Below are positions 9,632-19,302 of a stretch of DNA of 64,000 bases, piece after piece. How positions within the stretch are numbered: position 1 is the first letter of the stretch; the number at the start of each line of letters is the position of its first letter. The notes beneath the pieces are model-generated. The model ran no database searches, was not told the origin of the DNA, and saw only the letters and a list, made by a program, of their open reading frames with translations. Source of the DNA: a virus (lineage: Duplodnaviria > Caudoviricetes); the IMG/VR virus record IMGVR_UViG_3300037067_005519, positions 32,001 through 96,000 of that record; one strand, given 5' to 3'. A program made the position numbers and the translations under genes.

Positions 9632-9889
9632 ATGGACCGACTTCTCGTGACGATCATGGAGGATTACTATGCCGGCGATTTCGCCTCAATGGCCACCAGG
9701 CTGCCTGGGAGCCGTTCCCTGGCGTGGGTGGTTGAGCCGGTGATATTAACCCTCCTGGCGGCGGGGGCTGTAGGTGGGCTTCTGGCTGGCTTTGGTGAGG
9801 CATTCTGGGCCGCCTGGCATGGACTTGCTGCCCTTGGGTTTCTGGGTGTAAAATGGCGTCGGCCAGCGATGGCCGCTAGTGAAGCATAG
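9632..9889 (+). CDS. Small membrane protein
   Basis: AAGGAGG RBS; two hydrophobic segments. Confidence 0.55.
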   Translation: MDRLLVTIMEDYYAGDFASMATRLPGSRSLAWVVEPVILTLLAAGAVGGLLAGFGEAFWAAWHGLAALGFLGVKWRRPAMAASEA

Positions 9890-10431
9890 CGGGTCTTCCT
9901 GCCCCAAGACCTGCCTCGCGCGGGAAGGCCCTGGCCGTAAGGCTGGGGCCTTTCCATTTGGTTTGGGTGTGGTAGGATGATTCTGTTACGCGAGGCTGTA
10001 ATCAGCCTTCGGGAGGCCCTGGTTGGTAACGCACCAGGGCCTTCTTTCTGCGCAAAAGGAACCCCTAGTCGTGGCTTAAACGACTAGGGGTCAGATGCCG
10101 TAGACGCAGATTTATCAAGCCCGAATCGGGCAGGTCGTGACCATGCGTGACGGGCCGTCCCTGGCCCTGTTACGGGTCCAGGGCGGCACCCGTTCGCTGT
10201 GGCTCGACGACTCGGTGACAATGGTGGTCGTCCGGCATCGAGCATTGTTATCGGCTGGTTAGGGGCCTGCTCTTGACCGGCTGATTTGACTTGCTATTGT
10301 AAGCGGAATCAAGCGTGTTCGGTTAGAGGAAAACGCAACTCGTCGTTGCGTTGGAAACCCCGGCTCAAGCGGCCGGGGTTTCCTGTTGGGTTGTATTGCC
10401 ATGAGGCCAGCGGCGCGGTAGGATCACGGGC

Positions 10432-10502
10432 TGGCCGATGGTGTAGTGGCAACACAACGGACTTTGGTTCCGTTATCCCAGGTTCGAGTCCTGGTCGGCC
10501 AG
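10432..10502 (+). tRNA. tRNA-Gln(TTG), next to integrase (likely att core)
   Basis: TGGCCGA/TCGGCCA acceptor; ACGGA-CTTTGGT-TCCGT anticodon arm; CCAGG-TTCGAGT-CCTGG T arm. Confidence 0.95.
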
Positions 10503-10779
10503 CTTCGCTTTAGGAGACGACGGTTGTGAGCATGAAAACTCGACGGCTATCGACGGCAGAAACGGGGATTTTAGGAGCGCTTGGGAGCTTGGGTAAGATA
10601 GAGAATATCGCTCTAAGTCCTTGACAAGGCTCGTATTTACGAGGATAATGAGGTTATTCGAGGAAACCAAGAAAAGATTTTGGTTCCTTTTGATTAAAGT
10701 TCCAAACCCTTTGTTGCCGAAGACTTAGGACGACACATGGATTTTGCGACGGTCATTTCGACGGTGATTTTTGCCTGTG

Positions 10780-10865
10780 GTACTGTCGGCGTACTGTCGG
10801 CCGTCGAGTCGTTGTACTGTCGGATTTAGCCCGGCCTTGCTACTGCCGTCGCATCCGTACTGTCG
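10780..10865. repeat. GTACTGTCG direct repeats, probable integrase arm-type binding sites
   Basis: Copies at 10780, 10791, 10814 and 10857, degenerate copy at 10841; related CGACGG copies on the other strand in 10510-10770. Confidence 0.65.
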
Positions 10866-10888
10866 TCCACCACACCACGGGAGCTAAA

Positions 10889-12349
10889 ATGTCCACGTTG
10901 CAAGCATCGCCACAGCCACCAGAAAAGCCCACACCTGACTTTCCTCTATTCGCGCACGGGAACGGGCAATGGGCCAAGTGTATAGGCCCACGGGGTAAAC
11001 AGAAGACAATCTACTTCGGTCCTTGGGACGATCCGCAAGGAGCCTTAACCAAGTATCGGCAATACGTCGTCGATGAGGCCAACAAGCCCAAGCCCAGGTC
11101 GCAACAGAAGAAGCCCAAACCGCCCACCAAAGACTTCCCCCTCTATGCTCACCGCAACGGCCAGTGGGCCAAGACGGTCAAGAACAAGGACTACTATTTT
11201 GGACCTTGGGACGACCCGACCGGGGCCTTGAATCGGTGGCTCGATCAGAAGGATCACTTGCTCGCTGGCAAGCCACGAGTGCTACCGGCGGCGACCTACA
11301 CCTTGGGGGAGATTTGCCGGCGCTTCCTCAACTCGAAACGGTCAAAAATGGCCACCGGGGAATTGACATTTGGAACGGTCGATGGATACCAACGGGAATG
11401 CGATCGACTGCTCGCTCACTTTGGCGAAGACAAGATCGGTGATGAGTTGACGCCGTTCGACTTCGAGGGATACCGGCAGTCGCTATGCAGGAGCCGGGTA
11501 CAGGAAGGACGGAAGGGCAGAGCGTCGGTGGGCAAGCCTCTGGGTCCACACGCCATGACCAACGCGATCATGGCTATTCGGACCCTACTAAAGTATGCCT
11601 ACAAGCAGGACATGCTCTGCCGCCCGGCGAAGTTCGGCGACGGGTTTGACAAGCCCTCCTCAAGGGTGATGAGGGAAGCTCGGAACAATCGACCGAGAAA
11701 GCTGTTCACGCCGGCCGACATCAAGGAAATGCTCCGCGAGGCCAAGCAGCCTCTCAAGTCGATGATCCTCCTCGGGATCAATTGTGGCTTTGGAAATACC
11801 GACTGCGCCAAGATGGAGTTTCGACACCTTGATCTTCCCAAGCAGTGGGTTGACTACCCCCGTCCGAAGACTGGTGTGATTCGATGGTCGCCGTTGTGGC
11901 CCGAAACTTGTGCTGCGCTGCACGAGTGGATCAAGATGCGTCCTGAACCACGATATGCTGACTGCGAGAATCGAGTCTTCCTTACGCTGAAAAAGCATAC
12001 GCCCTGGGAGAACGCCAAGGGTTATTGTCCTGTTGGCAACGCGATGGCCAAGGTGATTCGCACCATCGGCATTGACCAGTTCGGCATTGGGTTCTATGCC
12101 CTGCGGCACACGTTCTTCACGATTGCTGAGGGATGCCGGGATCAGAAGGCCGTCGAATTCATCATGGGGCACGCGCCTGATTCACGCGATATGTCGCCCC
12201 ACTACCGAGAGGAGTTTACGCGGGAACGGCTAATGGCTGTGACGCAGTGCGTTCACGATTGGCTATACGCTCGGCCGGCGTCTCCACCCGTCGTCGTGGC
12301 CGCCCCAGTGGTGTTGGAACTGCTGCCCGATTCGACCGCCGTTGCATGA
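10889..12349 (+). CDS. int: Tyrosine recombinase/integrase with duplicated N-terminal domain
   Basis: YALRHTF (HxLRH-like box II), IMGH, distal Tyr (PHY), RPKTG; tandem DFPLxAHxNGQWAK...YFGPWDDPxGAL repeats. Confidence 0.93.
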   Translation: MSTLQASPQPPEKPTPDFPLFAHGNGQWAKCIGPRGKQKTIYFGPWDDPQGALTKYRQYVVDEANKPKPRSQQKKPKPPTKDFPLYAHRNGQWAKTVKNKDYYFGPWDDPTGALNRWLDQKDHLLAGKPRVLPAATYTLGEICRRFLNSKRSKMATGELTFGTVDGYQRECDRLLAHFGEDKIGDELTPFDFEGYRQSLCRSRVQEGRKGRASVGKPLGPHAMTNAIMAIRTLLKYAYKQDMLCRPAKFGDGFDKPSSRVMREARNNRPRKLFTPADIKEMLREAKQPLKSMILLGINCGFGNTDCAKMEFRHLDLPKQWVDYPRPKTGVIRWSPLWPETCAALHEWIKMRPEPRYADCENRVFLTLKKHTPWENAKGYCPVGNAMAKVIRTIGIDQFGIGFYALRHTFFTIAEGCRDQKAVEFIMGHAPDSRDMSPHYREEFTRERLMAVTQCVHDWLYARPASPPVVVAAPVVLELLPDSTAVA

Positions 12350-12518
12350 AGTCTTTGAGGTCTTCTGGCGTTACGCGGTAACTGGGCCGTGGACCATTGC
12401 TGGTGTCCACGGCCTTCAATTCGCCAGCGTAAATCCAGTCGAGCACGGTCATGCGCCGAACGTGCAGGTACTTGGCGACCTGCGGCGGCGTAAGCGTCGT
12501 ATCAAGTTCCGTTGCCAT
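12216..12518 (-). CDS. Excisionase / HTH_17 DNA-binding protein
   Basis: LTPPQVAKYLHVRRMTVLDWIYAGELKA; convergent with integrase. Confidence 0.88.
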   Translation of the reverse strand: MATELDTTLTPPQVAKYLHVRRMTVLDWIYAGELKAVDTSNGPRPSYRVTPEDLKDFMQRRSNRAAVPTPLGRPRRRVETPAERIANRERTASQPLAVPA

Positions 12519-12876
12519 CGCAGTTCTCCTTCAAGTAGTCGAGCATCAGTTTTAAGTGGCGTGGCCGCAAGTGAAGGTTGTGGTAAACGAGACAGCCGCG
12601 AACGGCAGCCATGCTGCTCTTGGACGCCCAAGTCCCATCTAGCATCAGTCGTTCCCAGGAGCCATTGTGGAATCGAAGAACTTTCTCGAAATGTGGCGCG
12701 AATTCCTTGCAGTCGAAAGCCGCCGGGTGTGCTTTGGCTTCGTCTAGTAGCCGATCAACGCAGGAATAGTGGCGGTGCATGTTCTCGATCGCATAGGGAC
12801 CGGAGTAGAAGGATGTTTTGCCGTCCTCTCTGACTTCCCAATTGCCTTCGATGTTTCTGATTTGGATCATGTTCAT
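12502..12876 (-). CDS. Hypothetical protein
   Basis: Operon coupling. Confidence 0.6.
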   Translation of the reverse strand: MNMIQIRNIEGNWEVREDGKTSFYSGPYAIENMHRHYSCVDRLLDEAKAHPAAFDCKEFAPHFEKVLRFHNGSWERLMLDGTWASKSSMAAVRGCLVYHNLHLRPRHLKLMLDYLKENCDGNGT

Positions 12877-13832
12877 CCTGTTGGAGCTAGTACGTTGTAG
12901 GTTGGAATTACTCTGCCGAGATCGGCCGTTCCCCGGACGTGGGCCGGCACCCAGAAGGTTCCGTAGATTCCTCGGCCAAAGAGACCTTTGCTTACGCCGT
13001 CGTTGACGCTGTGCATGAAGTGTCCACGGCAGATATGCAGCGCTTTACCGGATCGGTCGCCTTCCGTCTTGCGGTCGCTTGATTGTGTTTTATTGCCGAT
13101 GTTTGGGTCAATGAGCAACGTATGGTATTGTAGCTCAGGGACTCGTTGTCGCCGGCACCATTTGCGCGGCTGCCCCTCCTGCTTTGTCACATCGACCCGC
13201 TCGACATTCTTGCATTGCATGAACGCCAAAGTCGTTATGATTTGCGCCCAACAGCTTCCGAACTGACCTGTGGTGTACTTGTCACTAATGTACCCGTGAC
13301 TCGCCGCCGAGCCAGATATGAATCGGCCCTCTTCGTCAAGAAGAATGGTTAGCACGCAGACTGGCAGGCTTCTTCCGTCCAGATCGCAGATGTATAGGAT
13401 TCCTACGAGAAGCCATTTTGCCGTCGCGCTGATGGCTTTAAGTACAGGATCGTCCTTTGCCCATGTGTTCATTGATTCCTTACTTGTGGTGGCACAGAGC
13501 AGACAGCCGATTTGTTTGGTGCCTTGTTCCTCGATCGTGTCGCCATGTGGATAGAATATCTCTGGTTGGTTCCATTCGATGAAGCAACGACCAAAGGCAG
13601 GCGGGCAGGGTGGGTAGGTCGTTAGGTCAATGGTCGATTTGCCAGATATTCTAAATGACTCGTTCACGTAGTCCGAGACGTTATCTGCAATGATGATTGG
13701 CACTCCGTTAGCTATTTCTTCGGCGCACTCTTGATGCAATTTCGTTACAAGTGCAAATTGCCTCGGGTCATAGACCTCACGGTCCAGAGGCAAGAACCGT
13801 TGAATCAGTATGCGGTGAGCCAGGCGAAGCAT
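12873..13832 (-). CDS. Phage hypothetical protein (HICRGHF...FWVPAHVRG C-terminal motif)
   Basis: Conserved-looking C-terminal motif; GAGG RBS. Confidence 0.75.
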   Translation of the reverse strand: MLRLAHRILIQRFLPLDREVYDPRQFALVTKLHQECAEEIANGVPIIIADNVSDYVNESFRISGKSTIDLTTYPPCPPAFGRCFIEWNQPEIFYPHGDTIEEQGTKQIGCLLCATTSKESMNTWAKDDPVLKAISATAKWLLVGILYICDLDGRSLPVCVLTILLDEEGRFISGSAASHGYISDKYTTGQFGSCWAQIITTLAFMQCKNVERVDVTKQEGQPRKWCRRQRVPELQYHTLLIDPNIGNKTQSSDRKTEGDRSGKALHICRGHFMHSVNDGVSKGLFGRGIYGTFWVPAHVRGTADLGRVIPTYNVLAPTG

Positions 13833-13841
13833 GATTGTTCC

Positions 13842-14273
13842 TCAGTTTGGGTTGCAGCAATACGCCACGTAAGCATTCGCGCACGACTCGCTACAGCAAG
13901 TCTGGCCGTCATAACACGGATCGCCGCAGTTCGGGCACATGCCCGTGGGTTCAGGCGCACCTTCCTCCCACGGCACGTACTCGCCCTTGCCCTTCGACGG
14001 GAATTGGGCGGCCGTGGGGTCAATGATCTTGCCATCCAGGGTCAACCACCAATGGGCACGTTCGCCCCAAGCCCAATCGTAGTAGTGGCCGCGCACGCGG
14101 GCAAGCTCAGGGAAGTCCTCGGCCATCTGGCGCGTGACTTCCTTGCACGTTCCGTAGGCTTCTTCGACGTTCTCGGCTATCCAGTCAGCGTACTTGCGGT
14201 CAATACCGAGGGCCTCGGCGTTGGCCTCGGCTAGGATGTCATCGAGTGCTTGCATATCCCGTTCCCAACTCAT
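13842..14273 (-). CDS. Transglutaminase-like protein with C-terminal zinc finger
   Basis: YGTCKEV...AHWWL...IIDPTAAQF; CPNCG..C...CC..C. Confidence 0.65.
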   Translation of the reverse strand: MSWERDMQALDDILAEANAEALGIDRKYADWIAENVEEAYGTCKEVTRQMAEDFPELARVRGHYYDWAWGERAHWWLTLDGKIIDPTAAQFPSKGKGEYVPWEEGAPEPTGMCPNCGDPCYDGQTCCSESCANAYVAYCCNPN

Positions 14274-14361
14274 TTCATCCTCAACGTGCAGAGTTCCGAC
14301 CTAGCGAATTCCAGTTGGCGCAAGGCTTGTTCAGTTGTCTTCCACGCTCTGGAAGTGACTG

Positions 14362-14667
14362 CTACTGCTGGGAGAATCTCTGTGCCGACCAGTCACAACT
14401 CTTCTCGAATCTGACAGCCTCACGTTCACCGCCTGGGTAATAAACCCTAACATCGAAGTCGCCTCGGTGTTCGCGGCAGAAGACATCCTCCAAATCCGAT
14501 CTTGCCTCGGAGACTTTCTTGTGGGCATTGAAGAGCCGCCTTACTAGCTTGTGGCTCTTGCCGAGGAACTGTAAGTCAATGCCAAGATACATGGTCTGGT
14601 AGTAGAGCTTGTGTAACCGTTCCGCTAACGAGTGGTGCTGTTCGGTTGTTAGTGGAGTCTTCTTCAT
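14362..14667 (-). CDS. Hypothetical protein
   Basis: AGGAG RBS. Confidence 0.6.
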   Translation of the reverse strand: MKKTPLTTEQHHSLAERLHKLYYQTMYLGIDLQFLGKSHKLVRRLFNAHKKVSEARSDLEDVFCREHRGDFDVRVYYPGGEREAVRFEKSCDWSAQRFSQQ

Positions 14668-14686
14668 TGTTTGATCTCCTGTGTAA

Positions 14687-15265
14687 CTAGAAGGCTGGCT
14701 CGCCTACGGGTGTGTGATCGCAAAGGAACGGGGACTTAGCCAGGTCAGCGAAGAGTGTGCTGGCGAAGCTCATTTTGCCAACACATGCTTTCGCACTCTG
14801 AATCGTGAAGTTGCAGTCGAGCTTCGATTTTGGCGGCGGGTCTTTCCAATTCAAGATTGTTAGGCCGCCGATTCGCCCTTCCCAATGCTCGCGGTCGGGA
14901 TTATTGCGGCTGCACCACGACTGCTCGTAAAGTACCACCCCGACGCATTCGGTCCTGCATGGCGAGACGATCGACACGGCTTCCACAATCGCGTTGATTG
15001 TCGTGCCCGTATCTATGAAATCGTCCAGGATCACGTACTTGCCCGCTACACCACCTTCCATTCGCCGGCCGCTATGTGCCGTGTCACCAGGCTTGCGAAC
15101 AAGTGCCCACGGCTTCCTCAATTGGAGGGCTACAGTGGGACCAACCACTGCACCTGAAAAGCCTCTAAATACTAGAGTGTCGAACTCTATCTCTTTGAGA
15201 CAGTCAACGGCATAATCAACAACATGCTTGAATTCGCCTGGCGCATTGAAGGGACTGCCATACAT
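14687..15265 (-). CDS. Type I phosphoribosyltransferase (PyrE/Apt-like)
   Basis: VILDDFIDTGTT PRPP-binding motif; LVRK loop. Confidence 0.85.
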   Translation of the reverse strand: MYGSPFNAPGEFKHVVDYAVDCLKEIEFDTLVFRGFSGAVVGPTVALQLRKPWALVRKPGDTAHSGRRMEGGVAGKYVILDDFIDTGTTINAIVEAVSIVSPCRTECVGVVLYEQSWCSRNNPDREHWEGRIGGLTILNWKDPPPKSKLDCNFTIQSAKACVGKMSFASTLFADLAKSPFLCDHTPVGEPAF

Positions 15266-15340
15266 GATGTTTCCTTTTCGGCTGCTTACAGTGATGTCAT
15301 CGGAAAGCAGATTGGAGAAACTTTGACGGCCACAGAAAGT

Positions 15341-15385
15341 TTCCGGTTAAGGTAAGATTTCCGGTTGGGGCAGACTTTCCGGTTA
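15341..15385. promoter_or_regulatory. 18-bp-period TTCCGGTT repeats (putative operator), also at 24988/25006, 3097, 6278/6296 and 14309
   Basis: TTCCGGTT at 15341, 15359 and 15377, upstream of a minus-strand gene start. Confidence 0.55.
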
Positions 15386-15540
15386 TACGCTTCTGAGCCA
15401 TCGCCAAAGGCGATCCGGCCATGACCGTCTCAACTTGGGACACTCCTTCACCTGGTTCATGCAGCAGGAAATGAAGCTGCCGCACGATTGGCAACAGGGT
15501 TTCGTTGGTCCAAACCACTTGCAGATTAAGTCACGCATCA

Positions 15541-15945
15541 TCAAGCTCCTTGGGCGTAGTTGAATTGTCGAATCATCGAATCGACTTGGCGTTGCAGACC
15601 ACGATGGTTCCGCGCCGCGCCTCGTCGCCATTTGTCGTAATGTGCGAATTCGTGCGCGAGACTATCAAGAATCTCGTCACGAGCCTCTTGCCGGTTCTTG
15701 ACCTTGCCCTCTTCGCGCCAGTAGTACCACCAAGTTGCTACCCAAATGCACGGTTTTCCATTCCGTAAACCAAAGCAGGCTGCGGCCAATCCGGTACTCG
15801 TTTTAAGGGAGCCGGCGGCACGCAGCCTGATGGTGATTTGATGATCCACGCCGACGTTCTCCAAAAACCAATTGGAGAAGTCCACGGTCAAGTGCTTGAC
15901 CCATAACGCTACTTCTGGATCGTGGTATGTTCGGAAGGCTCTCAT
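15541..15945 (-). CDS. HEXXH zinc metallopeptidase-like protein (ImmA/IrrE-like)
   Basis: LAHEFAHY...NH. Confidence 0.65.
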   Translation of the reverse strand: MRAFRTYHDPEVALWVKHLTVDFSNWFLENVGVDHQITIRLRAAGSLKTSTGLAAACFGLRNGKPCIWVATWWYYWREEGKVKNRQEARDEILDSLAHEFAHYDKWRRGAARNHRGLQRQVDSMIRQFNYAQGA

Positions 15946-16255
15946 TTGCGTTCCAGAGCAAGAATGCGAGTTGTCATGGTTGACGGTACGCGGGAGATAA
16001 TTGGCGTTTCGGCCGCCAGCCACGGTCCCATAGGGTCCATGATGAGCGCTCGACGGCGAGCCTCGTCAGGAGATTCGGCGATTACAGCAGCACAACGGCC
16101 GCCGGCAATCAACTGAAAGACGTATTTGGTGTCTGGCATAATAGAGTGTGGCGGGCCGGGTTCCGGCAATGATCGGTGCCGAACCTAAGCTCCGGTGCAG
16201 TCAGTCACCGCCCGGCCCAGAGAGATTGTAAACCGATCAGGTCGCTGGCAGGCGA

Positions 16256-16615
16256 TTACCCCGATCGGCCGACTGTTCCTACCGCTGCCACGTTGCCACA
16301 CTCTTCAAGCGGCCACGGCTTACCCTTATGGGCAACCGAGGACCGAACCCACTGTTGATCTTCATCATTCAGACGCAGGTAGCCGAAGGCCGCAAATCCT
16401 TGCCATCCGTCCACATCGTATGAGCCGCCGGCTTGGTCATCCATCAGGGCAGCGATCGTGTCTCGGATCATTACCCGGCGGGTATTGCGGTCGAATTGTT
16501 CCCACGTCTGGTATAACCAATCCAAGCAAGCGCCAACGATGTAGCTTCGCCTTCCCAGGCAATACCGATGGGCAGCCGTAGCCATCAACTGATCGTTTAA
16601 GCCTTTAAGTTTCAT
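16256..16615 (-). CDS. Hypothetical protein
   Basis: AHRYCLGRRSYIV conserved-looking phage motif. Confidence 0.65.
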   Translation of the reverse strand: MKLKGLNDQLMATAAHRYCLGRRSYIVGACLDWLYQTWEQFDRNTRRVMIRDTIAALMDDQAGGSYDVDGWQGFAAFGYLRLNDEDQQWVRSSVAHKGKPWPLEECGNVAAVGTVGRSG

Positions 16616-16617
16616 AG

Positions 16618-16751
16618 AGACAGTCCCAGGGATCGAACCTGGCTAGAGGTCGCGTTGCCTCCTTTGGCTCCTACGGCAACGGATGCCTTGCAAGGGTTTC
16701 CGTCCCTCAGCGACATAGCGCTATTGGCTGAGGTTTGCCGGCCTGACTGCC
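16618..16751 (-). ncRNA. tRNA-like RNA: acceptor stem and canonical T arm enclosing three hairpins
   Basis: GGCAGTC/GACTGTC stem; CCAGG-TTCGATC-CCTGG; starts 9 nt after tRNA-Ser. Confidence 0.6.
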
Positions 16752-16760
16752 ATACTCAAG

Positions 16761-16849
16761 CGGAAGGGGAGGGAATCGAACTCTCACGCCCAGTGAAGAG
16801 CGCTCGCTTTAGCAAAGCGGCCCGGCCAACCAATATCCGGCTCCCTTCC
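16761..16849 (-). tRNA. tRNA-Ser(GCT)
   Basis: GGAAGGG/CCCTTCC acceptor, TT-GCT-AA loop, long variable arm, GAGAG-TTCGATT-CCCTC. Confidence 0.9.
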
Positions 16850-16853
16850 AAAT

Positions 16854-17279
16854 TCATTCTGCGAAGATGCCACACGCATACCAGACGCCGTTGTCGCTCA
16901 AGACCATTGCATAGCCGTAGTACCGGCATGAGCCATCTACTGCACTCCAGTGGCCCTTTGATTTCTTCCAGGACTTATACATCTCCTTCGCTGCCGCCAC
17001 CTGGTCCTGCTTCGGCCAACTTTCGTTGACGACTTCGGAGAAGGTGTGGCATTCAGGAATCTGGGGCCTCATCCGAGGATAGCGAATCTCGTCCCACCAG
17101 AAGTGCCCCTGACGGTGAATCTTGGCTTGGTAGGCGGCTTGAGCCTCAGCCTCGGCTTGTAAGACCGGATGTGGCTTCCCGGTCATTATGCTTCGGACGG
17201 TCAACGCACGGCCCACCGCTACAAGTTGTTCGTTCGGTGAGAGTGCCGCGAGTGTTAAAAGCAAGACAAGGATTTTCAT
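16854..17279 (-). CDS. Secreted CAP/SCP-domain protein
   Basis: Signal peptide; WKKSKGHW...YYGYAM...WYACGIF. Confidence 0.75.
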   Translation of the reverse strand: MKILVLLLTLAALSPNEQLVAVGRALTVRSIMTGKPHPVLQAEAEAQAAYQAKIHRQGHFWWDEIRYPRMRPQIPECHTFSEVVNESWPKQDQVAAAKEMYKSWKKSKGHWSAVDGSCRYYGYAMVLSDNGVWYACGIFAE

Positions 17280-17440
17280 AGTGTTCGTTCCAGGGATTTG
17301 GGACGGGATTGGCTACAGCACCATTATTGTGAATGTCAGCCCAACTCCACGGCTGAGTGCCTTCAACATGCAGGTGGAAGTTGATCTCACCTTCGGGCAA
17401 TTCAGGATGTGCCGTTGCTCGAAGGATTTGCTGGATTGCC

Positions 17441-17716
17441 TCAGCAATCTCGCGCTTCTGTCGGGTTGAGAACATTTGAGTTCCTCTTAAATGCAAAGAT
17501 CAGAGACTCAACATTGGTGGTGTGAATGAAGCAACTCCGGCCATCACAGGCGCAACCGAAGTTGGTTAGACCTCGTTTGACTGCGGCCTCGATCTTGTTC
17601 CTGGCCTCCAGTCGCAAGGCTCCGCATTGGGCGTCGGTTGGGCAGGGATGCCCAAATTCGGCAGCGAACTCTCGCAACTCGTCATCGCTGTACTCGTAGT
17701 TGAAGACGATTTTCAC
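17441..17716 (-). CDS. Hypothetical protein
   Basis: Coupled to Nudix gene. Confidence 0.5.
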   Translation of the reverse strand: MKIVFNYEYSDDELREFAAEFGHPCPTDAQCGALRLEARNKIEAAVKRGLTNFGCACDGRSCFIHTTNVESLIFAFKRNSNVLNPTEARDC

Positions 17717-18123
17717 AGTTCGACCGGGCTGAGTCCTCGCCTAACAAGCGCCTCTATCCCCGGCATTAACGGTGATGGGAGTTTATCCCAGGGGAACCAG
17801 TCCCACCGTTCGCACTTCTCTGGCTCCAGGTTTATGGCGTCCTGCCCGGTTGGATGGTCTGCCACCATGAAGATCGTCACGTAATGTTTGTTCTCAGTCC
17901 AGAACACCACATTCTCGACGGTCCAAAGTGTGGCGGACACCAGGCGGATACCAGTCTCCTCGGCTGTCTCGCGGATTACGCAATGCTCGAAGGACTCGCC
18001 GCCCTCCAGATGCCCACCTGGAAAGCCCCACATGCCTGGTGCATGACGGCCTTGGCGCAGGCCCAGGAGCACATGGTCATCGCAACGAATGGCAACACCG
18101 ATTCCAACCTTGGGTCGTTTCAT
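17713..18123 (-). CDS. Nudix hydrolase (NUDT15/MutT-like)
   Basis: PGGHLEGGESFEHCVIRETAEETG; EPEKCERWDWF. Confidence 0.93.
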   Translation of the reverse strand: MKRPKVGIGVAIRCDDHVLLGLRQGRHAPGMWGFPGGHLEGGESFEHCVIRETAEETGIRLVSATLWTVENVVFWTENKHYVTIFMVADHPTGQDAINLEPEKCERWDWFPWDKLPSPLMPGIEALVRRGLSPVEL

Positions 18124-18129
18124 GGATAA

Positions 18130-18675
18130 TCACGCAGATTGGGCGAATTGTTGGAGAAACTGTTCTTGAGTAATTGGCACACCGCCGGGAAAGCCAGGAC
18201 GCGAATGGGAACGATTCCTTCCCTTAACAAGCCTGCGCATCTGTCGTTCGCTAATTCCGAATCGTTCTGCTATTGCGGAGTTGGTCATACTACTCCGTAG
18301 TTCCTTCATTGCCACAATCTCTGACCAGGATGCCTTAAAACGTCGTTTCCCGTAGCGACCCTTTGCTACGCAATCCCGCATATTGTCTCCGGCGTCACCC
18401 AAGAACAAATGCTCTGGATTCACGCAAAGTGGATTGTCACATTTATGCAGCACGAAGTTTTTGCCAGGGTCTTCGCCGCGAAACAGAATCCAGGCTAGTC
18501 GATGTGCGAGCATCTCCCGTCCACCGAATCTCATGTGCCCATACCCTCTACTGTCAACTCGACTCGTCCAATTCCAACAGAGGGTCTCTGGGTCAATCTC
18601 GAATTTCGGCATGAATCGGTCGCGCAAGGGCCACGGCTCATTTATCGGTCTACTTTCCTCATCGGTGTGTCCCAT
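18130..18675 (-). CDS. HNH endonuclease with C-terminal HTH
   Basis: CWNW...GYG...AHRLAW...VLHKCDNPLCVNPEHLFLG...NMRD. Confidence 0.92.
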   Translation of the reverse strand: MGHTDEESRPINEPWPLRDRFMPKFEIDPETLCWNWTSRVDSRGYGHMRFGGREMLAHRLAWILFRGEDPGKNFVLHKCDNPLCVNPEHLFLGDAGDNMRDCVAKGRYGKRRFKASWSEIVAMKELRSSMTNSAIAERFGISERQMRRLVKGRNRSHSRPGFPGGVPITQEQFLQQFAQSA

Positions 18676-18780
18676 TGTGTTCCTCGTAGTATCGAGGTCT
18701 TCGTGGTCAAGTCATCAAACGCTTGGTCACGGGCCTTTGCAGTCACATACCATTGCCGAAGGCACCACTTCTTGTTCCAG

Positions 18781-19152
18781 TTAGACCATTGCTCGATGCC
18801 GTAACGCTTTCGTCTTGGCATTCGCTTGATGTACTTCGGTGCCTCGGGCAGGTCCGTCGAATTCACCCTGGTATTCTTGTTTGTAGTCATTTGGTTCTAG
18901 CTTTCGCTTGTCCAACGACGAACGATACATTGCCTCTGGCGGCCAAGGGATTACTTCTTCGGCTTTCTTGTAGGTCATACCATCGCGCGTGCGTGAGAGT
19001 TGAAGGTATCGCAAGTGATGTGGGCACAATAGCGCCCACTCGACTGCTTCACGCTTCACGGTAAACGCGGCGAGGAACTCAAGGTGCGCTGGATGACCTG
19101 GTGCCAAGTAGCGGATCAGGTAGATGTATTCAGACCTGGCCATTCTTAACAC
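18781..19152 (-). CDS. Hypothetical protein
   Basis: Operon context. Confidence 0.5.
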   Translation of the reverse strand: MLRMARSEYIYLIRYLAPGHPAHLEFLAAFTVKREAVEWALLCPHHLRYLQLSRTRDGMTYKKAEEVIPWPPEAMYRSSLDKRKLEPNDYKQEYQGEFDGPARGTEVHQANAKTKALRHRAMV

Positions 19153-19302
19153 CTACGGCCTTCAAGTACAACTCGACCGCTTGCTCGGCGATGCCGGAGG
19201 AACGCTCGCTCGAAATGATGCTGGCAATGTTGTTGGCGTGAAGCTCGTACAACTTGTCGTCACGCATGGTTGTGGGTGTGGTAAGTGTTCTCATGGTTTC
19301 CT

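Noticed and set aside
15297-15518. ORF with TG(N/K) peptide repeats
   Set aside because: The repeats are better explained as a DNA motif that recurs at other intergenic sites
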